Below the pieces are notes generated by a model, which worked only from the letters and a program-made list of their open reading frames with translations, made no database searches and was not told the origin of the DNA. Made by a program: the position numbers and the translations under genes. From Octopus vulgaris (Eukaryota), in contig OX597814.1 in NCBI GenBank assembly GCA_951406725.2, forward strand, positions 1,116,001-1,180,000: DNA of 64,000 bases, written 5' to 3'. Shown piece by piece: positions 25,402-39,388 of the stretch (within the stretch, counting starts at the first letter, position 1; every line of letters starts with the position of its first letter).

Positions 25402-26663
25402 TATATATATACATATATATATATACATACATTTGTATATATATATATGTATATATACATATATATATGTATATATACATATATACATATATATAGTCTA
25501 GATTAGGTGGTGCAACAACTGCATAAACAGACAGAATTTGTGTTGTTCTAATTTGTCTTGGTGAATTTGGATAGTAATTAAGCAGCATGACACATGGTGT
25601 GGTGGTGGTGGTGGTGGTTGTAGATGTAGTATAGGTGGTAGTGATGGTACTAGTGTTAATAGTAGCATGATAGTGCTGTGGCAGAGCAGTCATTCTCTTT
25701 CACCGACACCTCCACAACTGCCTCACACCTCATAAAAAGAACAAAAAAAAAACATAGATTATCTCATACCCAGATATCATCAAACTTACATCTCCCTTCA
25801 GCCCCCACCCACAGCAACAACAGCAACAGCAACACCGAACCCATTTTAATTAGCAAGGTATGAACTAGGTGTCATACACTCCACTGGCTTTTTTCTTACT
25901 CCCAACACCCAAAGACATTAGATGTAATCAGCCACCCCACTCAGACAACATATGCATAACTTCCCATCAAAGCAAAGATAACGATATTAGAAAGACACAC
26001 AGGAGTGGCTGTGTGGTAAGAAGCTTGCTTACCAACCACATGGTTCCGGGTTCAGTCCCACTGCACGGCACCTTGGGCAAGTGTCTTCTACTATAGCCTC
26101 GGGCCGACCAAAGCCTTGTGAGTGGATTTGATTGATGGATGGAAACTGAAAGAAGCCCTTTGTGTATATACTTTATTAAAAAGCAGCAAAAATATCACGA
26201 AAACTGTTACTCAGAGTTTCACGTTCCTGTTCATTGGACAGTTTTGTTATATATATAAATTTCTTTACTACCCACAAGGGGCTAAACACAGAGGGGACGA
26301 ACAAAGACAGACGAATGGATTAAGTCGATTACATCGACCCCAGTGCGTAACTGGTACTTTATTTATCGACCCCGAAAGGATGAAAGGCAAAGTCGACCTC
26401 AGCGGAATTTGAACTCAGAACGTAATGGCAGACGAAATACAGCTACGCGTTTCGCCCGGTGTGCTAACGTTTCTGCCAGCTCACCGTTTTGTTATATATA
26501 TAGGCACAGGTATGGCTGTGTGGTAAGAAGCTTGCTTCCCAACCACATGGTTCTGGGTTCAGTCCCACTGCGCGGTACCTAGGGCAGCTGTCTTCTACTG
26601 TAGCCTCGGGCTGACCAAAGCCTTGTGAGTGGATTTGGTAGATGGAAACTGAAAGAAGCCCAT

Positions 26664-26729
<66 letters not shown>

Positions 26730-28070
26730 TACACATATATATGTATGTATATGCTGTCTGCAAACACTGTTGTTGAATACACACTACCATTAATAAGTGT
26801 AGAGAAACAACAGTAGTCATACTCTGACCAAGTCTACCTTTCTTACCTCTGCTGTGACCACTGCTGCTCATACCTGTAGAACTACAGGAATAAACTGGAC
26901 AGCAGCGGAGAGAGTGCCATGTGTCCAGACTGTTACACAGCACTCCTTAAGATGGATCTCTACCTGTTGGAATGTACCACATGGTCCTCAGATATATGGA
27001 CACCTGGTATAACAGGTGGCTGCAGTGAGCTGAATATGTGCGAACCATGGGACCACTTGATTTGAGCTGATCAAGGGGCTAAACAGTGACCTTCTCTAAT
27101 ATACCCTCTTCCCACCCTCCACCATCATCATCCTCATTACATTTCCATTTCCATGCTCACACGAGTCAGACAGATTTTCTACAACCTGGGATTTTTCCTG
27201 CCATCAATCTTTACCTGTTTTCAAATAAGGTAACTTTTTTTTCTCCATGGTTGGACATGGCTCCAGGGAAAATCAGAAATGAAGAACACAAAAAGCACCC
27301 GTGCTGATGCATTGCAAAAAGTGTGCCTTTGCTGGTGTCACGTAAAAGGCACCCAGTACGCTCTGTAAAGTGGTTGGTTTTAGGAAGGACATCCAGCCAT
27401 AGAGACCATGTCAACACAGACAATGGAGGCCAGTGTGATTCCCAGTCTTAGCAGCTCCTGTCAAACTGTCCGACTCATGCCAGCATGGAAAATGGACATC
27501 AAATGATGGTCATTGCTTGTGTGGTGGTGTCATTCATTTACAACAGACACACAAGGCCAAAACATGGAAACCCTAACTCTGTCTGTCTATCTCTCTCTCT
27601 GTCTGTCTCTGACTCTATCTTTCTCTCTGACTATTTCTCTCTCTGACTATCTCTCTCTCTCTCTGTCTATCTCTCTCTGTGTCTCTGTCTGTCTCTCTGT
27701 CTCACACACGACAGGCTTCTTTCAGTTTCTGTCAACCAAATCCACTCACAAGGCTTTGGTTGACTATAGCAGAAGACCTCCGAGTGCCATACAGTGGGGA
27801 TGAATTCAAAGCTGTAAGTTTGTTAAGCAAACTTCTTAACCATACAACCAGACCTGCCCCATCACTACTAAAATGGGTTGCCTTGGTTTGCAAAATGAAA
27901 TCCCTAACCTATAACTGGATAGTAATGTGATATATTTTATATTAAATCACAACTGGCGACCTCTGCTAGGTATTGAACTTCTGACCAATTCTACTGAATG
28001 TTTACTCCTTAACCATTGCATGATATATGAAATTCTAATCAGTTTTTCTCTTTCCATTTTTTTCTCACAG

Positions 28071-30652
28071 GTATTGAGAATTTATCATCAACACTCAAGA
28101 AATCTTTGCAGAACTTTGTCCCAACCAACAACAAGAAGCGGCAGCAAGTCTTCCCCAGTTGCCGCAAAGAACATCTCTTAGCAATAAGTCGGAAGCAGCT
28201 TCTGAATGAATACATGTCACTGGAAAGTAGCCGGGAGTTGCACAAAGCCATGAAACCAGCTCCTGTTATGGACCGCAGTACATCTGACTCGGAGGTTCAG
28301 GAACTCTCCGAGAGCAACCAGCCACCGACCAAGTGGAAACTAGATAAAAAACGCAAATATAAATTTGGTGAATCTCAGTTTCTGTCTTGGCAGAACCGTT
28401 ACCAAACGCTGAGTGAAGAAAATCTAAAAGGTATTCAACGTAGTAAAATCCAGGAGGTCTTCCATCCAGCCGAAACCTGTTTGCTTATGATTGATATCAT
28501 CCAGAACGTGTGTTTGCTGGACTTAAACCAAACGGTGCCCTCAAAGTTAGTGTCAGTCTCTTTGCTGCCTGAGTTGTTAGATGCTCTTTTTCGTTTCCAT
28601 GACATGTTCCAAAATCCAAATCCACAAGTATGGACCAAGGACATTCTAGCTTATATCCTAAAACACCTTTTGCAGTTGGTGTTCATGCTAAGCAATATAA
28701 CTGCTACACAACAAAATGGTTCCAGTATTTTGATCCGGAATCGGATATTCCCCAGTTTACTTTATTTAGCTCATGATCTTTTAGAAGATATTACCTACCC
28801 TGAGAACATAGTCTGGTCTGAAGTATCGGACCAGTGCCACGTTAAAATGGTATTGGTGTCCGACATCATATCAGGATTACTGCTCTGTGCTACTGAAGTC
28901 TTTCACAATATTCCACTGAATCCTGTTTTTATAAACTCAGCTTTAAAAGTTATGTGGATATTTAGAGAAGAACGAGGTTTTAGTATGTTGGAATTGATCC
29001 TTTCTTGGCTTGACTCTGAATGTTTCCCACATAAAGTTTGTAAAAAATTCTCCCCCAAAGACAATCTTTTAAAGTCAGTCAGCAGTCTTGTAATAGCCAT
29101 GAAGAAAGCCAAAGTTGGTTACATTCATTCTTCCACCTGTATGAAGAAGAAACACAGAAAATGTATTTATACTCATTGTTTTGATCATCACCATAATATT
29201 CTTGGCTTTGCTTTCACCAAAAATGTCAGCCGACAGAAACTGGATGTTTCTTCAGATATTTGTGTTGTTGGTTATTGGTCACAATTCTTACTTGATGTTT
29301 TACCGTTTCTCAAATCTAAGCAACAACAACTTCAAGTCTTCACCCTGTTTGTAACAGCTGGCATTTGTTGTTGTATCGGGATAGAGGTTATGCTGTCCAG
29401 CTTCCATTCGTCTTTCTATAATCTGTCTCCAGCTGTAAAGAACTATGCCTTAGACATCATGAACAATATGCTGCTGGAACAGTTGTCTGGTGCCAGACAC
29501 ATAGCACAGAAACCAAGTAAAATCGAAATTTGTAAGGTGTGTGAGGATGATTCCTTTGATACTTTTAGTGGTAAATTAAAACGTGGAATGGACCCAGACT
29601 GCAAAGTGAATCCAGAAGCACACGACAGTGGTGTGTCAAGTAGCGAAATATCATCAGAAGATTTCAAGTCTTCTATGAAGAAAGATTTGCTCAAGCGATG
29701 GGGATCCCTGGCCAAAATGTGTGATATCTTATATTCTGGGGACACAGTATCTGCTTCGTTACTCTCCAAACATTTGTTGATCTTAGCTGTCCATGGCAGA
29801 ACAGAAGTTAAACAAGAACTATTCCATTCCATTTATTTACCAATTCTTACAGACTACTGCAAGTGGAAATCCACAACACAACATATCATACCATCACCAC
29901 TCAGTAAATCTGTCATCATGAACTGTCTGTCTGCCTTTCCGTATCTCCTGCAAGCAGAGTCTGTCATGCCAACTTTCTTGGCTCGACATGGCATTGAAAA
30001 ATTATGGACGATTCTTGAGGACCCGTCTTTACAGGAACTTGTCTTGCATGTGTTCGAAGCTTTGATAATTGCTGACGAATATGTGTCATTAGAGAATATA
30101 TTAAAAGAGAACAAAGTATCGGAGAGGCTGATGGACGAGAACAGTCCTGTGTCCGACTTCTCCAGTGACGATGATCTGACCTACTGCAGTAACATGGTCA
30201 TTCGGTCGTTTTTGAAGATCTTATCTGAAAATATCAAATTACATGGTGTCTCTATTAACATACTTCCAAAGAACTTTCTAAAAGACTCTGAAATGAATGA
30301 TGGAGAAGAGGTGAACCAATTATCAGATTCTTCCATGCATCTAAAATGGTTCCTACTTTTAAGAAATCTATGGAGAACGTGTCAAGTTCTTTTGCTCAAT
30401 AGTCCCAGCTTTCTTCTCCAATTCAAAACCTCCGAATGTTTCATGCTTGCCAAACAGATTCTCTTCCACATCATACCGCAACTTGGGACTTACGCCAGTC
30501 CAACTCACCAATTCATGGAACCGGGTGTTTATAACAGCAATATCGGTGACCAACCCCTACAATCTGTACCAATCTTCCAACAAGCTCTCAGTCTTCTCGA
30601 GTCTGTACTTATGGCCTGTATCATCTGCTACATGCCAGCATTTGCAGCCAAG
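28071..30652 (+). CDS. LYST: LYST large exon (2582 bp, phase 1 to 0)
   Basis: Covers most of ORF 28106-30697. Acceptor tttctcacag|GT and donor AAG|gtaaca. Contains the Cys/His motif and GICCC motif of LYST. Confidence 0.95.
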
Positions 30653-31784
30653 GTAACAAAATATTTCCGGTTTTCTATTCCTTTGTTTCCTGTTTAATTC
30701 TGTTGTATTTGAAAAGTTCTGTTAGATTTCTTTAAAATCTGTTAATCTATGATTTATTGCGCTGGCGTTAATACAGAATCCTTGAGAAAGAGATAAACGA
30801 CAATGGCGCATTGTAAAATGGAAGCCGTTTAGCTTTTGGATAAATCTCTTTCTGTTCTTTCTCAGGTTGAGCGAAAGTCCAGGAAATTGAATTGTCAGAC
30901 ATTTTACAGAATGGCTGGCTTTGTTGACATCACACATTTGTGTATGCGTCTGTGTGTATGTGTATGTGTGTGTATGTCTGTATCTGTGTCAGTCTGCATG
31001 TGTGTTAGTGTGCGTATGTATTGCAATGTCTCTTTGTATGTGTCTTTCTTAGTCTGGGTCTGAGCTTCACAGTGTGTGTGTGTGTTTTAGTGTAGATATG
31101 TACTTCAGTGTGTGTTTGCACGTGTGTCTTTTACTCTGTGTCTGAGTCTCACTCTGTGTCTGTGTGTGTTACTCAGTGGTTCTCTGTGTGTAAGTTTCTC
31201 TCATCTTTTTGTATCTATATGTATGTCAATGTGTGTTTACATGTGTGTGTATGTCTCTCCCTCTTAATGTGTCTCTGTACTTCACTGTGTGTGTGTGTGT
31301 GTGTGTGTGTCTAGAAAGAGGAAATGGATGCCATGATGTTTTATAATTACTAGGATCAAAACAATGAGACTCTATTAGAAATAATGAAACTTCAACAGCG
31401 TTCTTTATATTTTGATATTATTTACAATGATTACAATATCCAGTGTTATCATCATTGTCCCCATTGTCCCCATTGTCACCACTGCCATCACCACTACCAC
31501 CACCACCCCACTGCTACCACCACCATTACCACTACCACCACCGTTACCACTGCCACCACTGGTTTCAAACCTTGACATGGGGCCAACAATTGTGAGGGAG
31601 GCCATTGTTTGGTTACACTGACTCCACTGCTTGACTCTTATTTATTTTCTAAATCCTGAAGGGACAAAAGCAAAAGCTGACCTCAGCTGCATTTGAACCC
31701 AGAACGTAAAAAAAACAAAAAACAAAAGAAAATGATGCTAAGTATTTTGTCTGGTGCCGTGATGATGATGCCAGCTCACTGCCT

Positions 31785-32020
31785 TAATAATAATAATAAT
31801 AATAACAATAATGATAATGATAATAATGATAATAATAATAATAGTAATAATAATGATAATAATAATAATAATGATGATAATAATAATAATAATAGTAATA
31901 ATGATAATAATAATAATAATAGTAATAATAATAATAATAATTATAATAATAATAATAATAATAATAATAGTAATAATAGTAATAATAATGATAATAATAA
32001 TAATAATAGTAATAATATTA
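31785..32020 (+). repeat. (TAA)n microsatellite, representative of many (TA)n, (CA)n, (CT)n, (TAA)n, (CAT)n and (ACT)n tracts
   Basis: Seen directly. Other large tracts at 4243-4635, 5630-5920, 20585-21020, 25335-25495, 33697-34020 and 52928-53030. Confidence 0.95.
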
Positions 32021-32690
32021 ACAAGTGCATTGGATCTCTGCAAAATGTGTGGGAAGAGGGTTGAAAGTGTGACTCACAAAGTCTTGTGAAGAAAGTGTAC
32101 AAGCGTAGACATGACAAAGTAGCCGAAAACCTTCACTGGTTACTATGCCGTAAGTATGGATATGAGGTTATGGGTGCTTGGTACCAACATACATAGGAAA
32201 AGGTAATGGGCGAAAAAGGGAAGGCAAAAATCCTCTGGGACTTTGACTTCCAGACAGACAAAGTATTAGAGCACCGAAGGCCGGATATAGTAACCTTTAG
32301 GAGGGACAAACAAGGGTGCTTAATAGTCGACGTAGTAGTGTCAGGAGATCAACACATTATGAAGGAAAGAGAAAATGTTGATAAATATGGAAACCTGAGA
32401 ATTGGGATTGCTAAGATGGGGCAGCTATGAGAGTTGAACATAAACTGTTATCCCTATTGTCATCGGAGAATTGGGTTCAGCACCACCCAATCTGGAAAAA
32501 CATCTGAAAACTTTAGAGATACCCTACAATCTAGATGTATTGCAAAAGACAGCATTATTTGGAACTGAAGGCATATTGCGTAAAGTACTGTCTGAGGTCC
32601 TTGTTGTGACTTGACAAACAGTACAAACCCCCTGGTAGACAAAATATCTTCAATCAACAACCTCACGATATTGTATACTGGGCGACATCT
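32020..32690 (+). mobile_element. 5'-truncated R4/Dong-clade non-LTR retrotransposon (restriction-like endonuclease C-terminus and 3' UTR)
   Basis: Translates to YKRRHDKVAENLHWLLCRKYG and KILWDFDFQTDKVLEHRRPDIV...IVDV...KY (PD..D RLE motif). Flanked on both sides by (TAA)n. Confidence 0.85.
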
Positions 32691-32877
32691 ATAATAATAA
32701 TAATAATAATGATAATAATAATATTAATAATAATAAATTGAAAATTATTTAAGAAAGATCCTTGGTTTACCGTCCCTGCAAAATGTGTAAAAGATTGCTG
32801 TGTCATATGCAATTGAGAAGAGCCTTGTTGCTATGGGAACGATTACCTCCGTGTAAATAATTTTTTTCTACATAACT

Positions 32878-33096
32878 TTTTACTCTTTTACTTATTTCAG
32901 TCATTTGACAGTGGCCATGCTGGTGCACTGCCTTTTAGTTGAATAAAGTGACCCCAGGACTTATTCTTTATAAGCCTAGTACTTATTCTATCGATCACTT
33001 TTGCTGAACTGCTAAGTTACAGGGATGTAAACACACCAACTTTGGTTGTCAGGCAATGGTGAGTAGACAAACACAGAAACAAAGACATGCACACAG

Positions 33097-33137
<41 letters not shown>

Positions 33138-33326
33138 CATATATATATATACATATATATATACACGACAGGCTTCTTTCAGTTTCCGTCTACCAAATCC
33201 ACTCACAAGGATTTGGTTGGCCCAAGGCTATAGTAGAAGACACTCGCCCAAGGTGCCATGCAGTGGGAATGAACCTGGAACCATGTGGTTGGGAAGCAAG
33301 CTTCTTACCACACCGCCACTCCTGTG
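32878..33326 (-). mobile_element. SINE family A, full copy
   Basis: Same family. Further copies at about 13980-14330, 17436-18215, 26000-26165, 26502-26665, 35250-35840, 41125-41370, 51311-51665 and 63864-64000. Confidence 0.85.
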
Positions 33327-33879
33327 TCTATTTGATTTTGTACATGAATAGTCTGTTGTGTTTATTTTAATGACCTTTCAATGTATGTAGTGAGTTTCTT
33401 TGCCCTAGGTGTCAGGAAGACACTCAGCAAGAAATGGAAACAAAACTGAAAGAAGAAAAACTAATAATAATAATAATAATAATAATAATCCTTTTTCATT
33501 GACCCCAGTATTTCACTGGTACTTATTTTATTGACCTCGAAATGCAAAGTCAACCTCAGTGACCTTTGAACTCAGGAATGCTGTTCAGTATTTTAACCAG
33601 TGCAGTAATGATTCTCCCAGCTTGACATTTATCAACTGTTATTGTTGTTGTCATGGCGATAGTTTGTTTACTTCAAAACTGCATCATGGGAAAGCCTCTC
33701 TCTCTTTCTCTCTCTGTCTGTCTCTCTCTCTTTCTCCCTCTCTCTCTCTCTCCCTCTCTCGCTCTCTTTCTCTGTCTGTCTCCCTCTCTCTCTCCCTCTC
33801 TCTCTCTTTCTCTGTCTGTCTCTCTCTCTTTTCTCTCTTTCTCTGTCTCTCTTTCTCCCTCTCTCTCTTGCTCTCTTTC

Positions 33880-33934
<55 letters not shown>

Positions 33935-34459
33935 GTCTCCCTCTCTCTCTCTCTCTCTCCCTTTCTCGGTCTGTCTCTCTCTCTTTTCTCTCTTTCTCTG
34001 TCTCTCTCTTTCTCCCTCTCCATACACATGATGAAATATAGAGATAAGAATATTGCCTCAAGGAGATTTTCAAGTCTTCTTTTTCTATTTTTCTCTTTTC
34101 ACTTGTTTCATTCATTGGAGTGAGGCCATGCTGGGGCACAACCTCCAAGGGTTTTTTTTGTCAACCAAATTGACTCCAGTAGTTAAATTCTCTTTAAAGT
34201 CTAGCACTTAAACTGGTGCTTTTAAACAGAAATACCACTCGTTCCCTCGTCACATCAGAAATGCTGTGTTTGGCCTTTCGGAAACCTGTAATTAACGAAG
34301 CTATTGTTCAGAAAATGTGGTTTAAAAATATTTTAAAATAAATAAATTGATGATGAATGTAGTTGACTTAACTGTCCCCTATTCCCACCCCGTATTTAAA
34401 TGGTATTTATTTTATTGATCCCTGGAAAGACGGAATGCAAACACTGCAGAATTGTTTTC

Positions 34460-34900
34460 GGATCTTTTCGCTTTGACCGTCAGTTTTTTAAAATAATTTC
34501 TAGGTAACTAAACACTTTTAAACTTTGTATACTGGTAGAATGTGTTTATAAAACATCTTTTTTCTCTTGGCTTTATTGAGAAAATTCTATAGTTTGTAAG
34601 ATATTTCCTCTTTAATTTCTTAATTTTCAGCAATTTCAACCAATCATATGACACTGCAAAAAAGTGTTGTTGACAGACTTCAGCAGATATTGTTTTCACA
34701 TCAATAGACGTCATTGATTGGTTGAAATTGCCGAAAATTAAGAAATTAAAGAGGAAATATCTTACAAACTACAGAATTTTCTCAAGAAAGCCAAGAGAAA
34801 AAGATGTTTTATAAACAAATTCTACTAGCATACAAAGTTTAAAAGTGTTTAGTTACAAAGAAATTATTTTAAAAATCTGCCGTTCAAACCGGAAAGATCC
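34460..34900. mobile_element. Foldback MITE with about 190-bp TIRs, GGATC...GATCC termini and a probable 8-bp TSD (Merlin-like)
   Basis: 34460-34646 is the reverse complement of about 34715-34900. Flanks are ttgttttc and ttgtttcc. Confidence 0.85.
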
Positions 34901-35466
34901 TTGTTTCCAGCTGAATGGGGGATACTAGATTCCCTTCTTTGAAAATATAAGGACACAGATCAAGTTGTATAGGCAGCTGGAGACGATGTCTCCTGGGGCT
35001 AAATTACAGTAACATTCGTCCTAAACCAGGACTGCCATGTTATGGTGGCAAATAATCTTTACTCCAAAGTACTGTTGCTGAATATCTCATGTTGTGAAAT
35101 TTACAATTAGTAATTTTCTAACTGCAGAATGAAGTGGTAGAAATAATAAAGCGCAGGTGTTAAAAATACCTGGTACTATTTACTGATGCCCTTTCACTTT
35201 CTAACTTCAAATCCCGAAATGATCAGCTTTGAATTTCATCTCTTCAGGTTGTTCTTTTATTCTTTTATTTGTTTCAGTCATTTGACTGTGGCCATGCTGG
35301 AGCGCCACCATTAGTTGAACAGATTGACCTCAGGATTTATTCTTTCTAAACCTATTATTTATGCTATTGGTCTCTTTTGCCGAACCACTAAGTTACAGGG
35401 GTATAAACAAAACCCACATTGGTTGTAAAGTGAAGGTGGGGGGGGGGTACAAACACAGAAACAAAC

Positions 35467-35514
<48 letters not shown>

Positions 35515-36337
35515 GATGGGCTTCTTTCAGTTTCCATCTACCAAATCCACTCACAAGGCTTTGATTAGCCTGAGGCTATAGTAGAAGATACTTACCTATG
35601 GTCCCCTGCAGTGGAACTGAACACAAAACCATGTGGTTGGCAAGCAAGCTACTTACCACACAGCCACACACACACACACACATATATAGAGGTTTTTTTA
35701 GTTTCCGCCTACCAAATCCACTCACAAGGCTTTGGTCGGCCCGAGGCTATAGTAGAAGACACTTGCCCAAGGTGCCATGCAGTGAGACTGAACCCAGAAC
35801 CATGTGGTTGATAAGCAAGCTTCTTACCACTCAGCCCATAATGTTTTTATTTAGTGACCAGGATGACAATGACGATGATTTCATTTGATGACGCCATTAA
35901 ATTAGCGTCTGTAACAAGAGTGTCTGTCTTTCAGGCACTAATTATAGGTCGGTGGGAGATCAAGAAGAGATTAAAATGGGGAACTGATTCACCCTGAGGC
36001 CTGGCTGTGCTACCAGATGTCATTCGGCTGCCATATCAGCTGTCAGCTTGTTATCAGAAAGATTACTGTTGCTCACTAAAACATCTTAATTGCATCAGTA
36101 CTAGTTGTAATAACGGTTGCTTCTGTCGGTTTCGGTGTTTGAGTGTTTGAAGGGAAAGATTTCAGCGAAAAGATAGGATTAAAAATAAAAGAAGCTGCAT
36201 CTGTTTGTGATGGATTTAATTTGAATCCAGGGATGGATTTTGCTGTGAGGTCACAATGGTGACACTGGTGGTTTTTCATTTTGCTTGAGATCGGACAAAT
36301 GTGTCTTTTGATTGCAGGACAGCATTCTTTTCTTCTT

Positions 36338-36742
36338 TATTGCCCACAAGGGGCTACACACAAAGGGGACAAACAAGGACAGACAAATGAATTAAGTCGA
36401 TTACATCGACCCCAGTGCGTAACTGGTACTTATTTAACCAACCCCGAAAGGATGAAAGGCAAAGTCGACCTCGGCGGAATTTGAACTCACAACGTAAAGA
36501 CAGACGAAATACCTATTTCTTTACTACCCACAAGGGGCTTAATACAGAGAGGACAAACAAGGACAGACAAACGGATTAAGTCGATTATATCGACCCCGGT
36601 GCGTAACTGGTACTTATTTAATCGACCCCGAAAAGATAAAAGGCAAAGTTGACCTCGGCGGAATTTGAACTCAGAACGTAAAGACAGACGAAATACTGCT
36701 AAGCATTTCGCCTGGCATGCTAACAGTTCTGCCAGCTCGCCG
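36338..36742 (-). mobile_element. Family B SINE dimer with about 17-bp TSD
   Basis: TSD agcattcttttcttctt at 36321 and 36743. Monomeric copies with TSDs at about 26258-26486 (-) and 44934-45161 (+). Confidence 0.82.
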
Positions 36743-39333
36743 AGCATTCTTTTCTTCTTCTGTTTCTTCAATTCAAACTGTTTTGAGGCACCATGGCACA
36801 TTTTACGCCACTCACATTGATCCCAGCAACAACTTTCCCAAAATGCTAAATTAACCCTTCGGCATTCACATTATTTTGTCTGTAAAGCTTATTTAATCAC
36901 ATTGTTTTGAATTAGTTATGGATCCTTTTGTAGCTTTGAGATTTTGAGGAGATAACTGCTAATTTTTAGAATGACATTGTCAGTTTAGTATGAGAGGCCA
37001 GATCTGTCCCGCCTGAACATACAACAGGTAAAATATTTTGACCAGATATCATCATCATCATTGTTTAATGTCCGCTTTCCATGCTAGCATGGGTTGGACG
37101 ATTTGACTGAGGACTGGTGAACCAGATGGCTGCACCAGGCTCCAATCTTGATTTGGCAGAGTTTCTTCAGCTGGATGCCCTTCCTAACGCCAACCACTCT
37201 GAGAGTGTAGTGGTTGCTTTTTATGTGCCACCGGCATGGGGGCCAGTCAGGCAGTACTCGCAATGACCTCATTCGAATCTTTTTACACATGCCACCAGCA
37301 CAGGTGCCAGTAAGGCGATGCTGGAAACGATCATGCTCAAATGGTGCCCTTTTATGTGCCACTGGCACGGAAGCCAGTTGGCTGCTCTGGTGACGATCAC
37401 ACTCAGATGGTGCTCACACTGGTAACAATCACACTCGAATGGTGCCTTTTATGTGCCGGCTGGTTTAAATGCTAAAGGAATAAGCTCTACGGATCTTAGT
37501 GATTGCTTCAATTTATCCTTCAGTAAAGGAAGACCTGACCTTAAAACCTAAAAACAGACCTTTCTTTACTGTGGAATCCCTCTACTTTTTAGCCATACAA
37601 GAGAATTCTTGGAACGCAGTACTCTTGCATTCTAACAGCATATCCTCTCCATCTGCTCTGAATTTTCAACAAAACACTTTCCAGACTGGAGTTGTGACAT
37701 TTTCCTAAAATTTTTGACATTTGATATCTTACTTTCTCATTTTATGCTACAGACACAGCACAGACAGTACGTGTGGAAGGTTTCAAGTTTATTTATATGT
37801 CTGTAGTAAGGAGCCTATGCTTCTTCCCACCTTCCCCCGTACAAAAGTGTACTCCAATTACAAGATTTGTATACACTTATTTTAGTTTTCAAACTGACAC
37901 CTTGTTCATCCCACAGAAGATGGGAAAGTTTTCCAAAAGTATTTGTAGCTTTAAATATGCTTTTCTACTCTGGGCACAAGGCCCAAAATTGACCTCAGTA
38001 CATAACTGGTACTTAATTTATCAATCCCCCAAAAGGATGAAAGGCAAAGTCGACCTCAGTGGAATTTGAACACCCATGTTTCCAGAGGTGAATTATTCAA
38101 ACCCCAAAGAATCCCTCTCAACACATGGCTATGATGCTCCCCCACTACTTCTGCTCGTGATCAGAGATGCACATATCGTCAGCCACTAAGGGACATGCTC
38201 AACTGGTTACGGTCAAACAACTGACAAGCAAATCTGTGGTATTGAGCAGAATATTTGCTGTAGCCCATCTTTTATACCTAGACAAAACAATGTACATGAT
38301 AACACTTCCAATCAGTTAAGATCAGAAGCCACGAGAGCCACTGTCTAGTACTGCATCAGGGCATTTATTATTATTATTATTATTATTATAAAAATATATA
38401 TTCTTATGTGGAAGCTGTCTTCTCCAGTTCAGCTATTCAGTTTTCACTGATTAAATATCATTATTAAAAAATGAAATAAAATTGAACATACACTTGTGTT
38501 GTTAAAACAGAGCCAAATTTTGATTCTGACGTCTGGCCATGATAAATACTTGTACAATGTTGGGGTTTTTTTTTTCAATTCTTTTTTGTTTTCAAATTTT
38601 TGTTTCTTATTTTGATGGTGTAGATGACAGTTCAACAAGTGATCAATAACTTGCACAAAATCAATGCAACTGTTAAAGAAGACAGCAAATCGGAAGCAGA
38701 AACATTTGCTCTGTAGACATTGTGCAAATATAAACTTAACTGATGAATGTCGCATCAATGAACTCCTGTCATGCTGTCAGCCCCCTCCTCCTCGTAGGCG
38801 GCGGCGGCTGCTGCCGAATGGAAACAAGTTATTGAATTTCAGAAAATGCTATTAGTTAAGGTGGTAGGGGTGGTTTCCATTAGCTCTTTTGAACTTGACC
38901 CAGTTTCTGTGGCTCTGTTTCACTTGTTCAATCAACCAAAAACGTTTCCTTTTTGAATTAAGAAACGTCAGCCGACTGTCAAATTGAGTTCTATTTATTA
39001 TTCATCAAATTTGCCATGAAATCAACCGAGCGTCACTTCAATTAAAAGAGTAGTTTTGGGAGTATGTCAGGGCCCAGTAGCATTGTCATCGTCATTTTGA
39101 TATCCACTTTTCTGTGCTTGCATGAGTTGAGTTGATTTGTTGTGACGGGTTTTCTACAGCTTGATGCCCTCCCTGTCACCAATTCTCTCCTGTTTCCAAG
39201 CAAGGTAATATTTCACCAAGGCCAGACTCGTTTTTGCAAGGAAGACCGGAAACAAAGGACACCAGCTGAATGAAAGGGATGCTTGTATATAATTCTCATG
39301 CAATGGGAAGATGAGGAGACATGTGCACACACA

Positions 39334-39388
<55 letters not shown>

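Noticed and set aside
28106-30697. Single-exon 863-aa gene
   Set aside because: It starts at TTG inside an exon and runs past a donor site; it is an internal LYST exon.
33559-34148. SL/RE-rich ORFs (also 4106-4693, 5534-5993, 20720-21128, 25117-25693, 31693-32089)
   Set aside because: These are translations of (CT)n, (TA)n, (CA)n and (TAA)n microsatellites.
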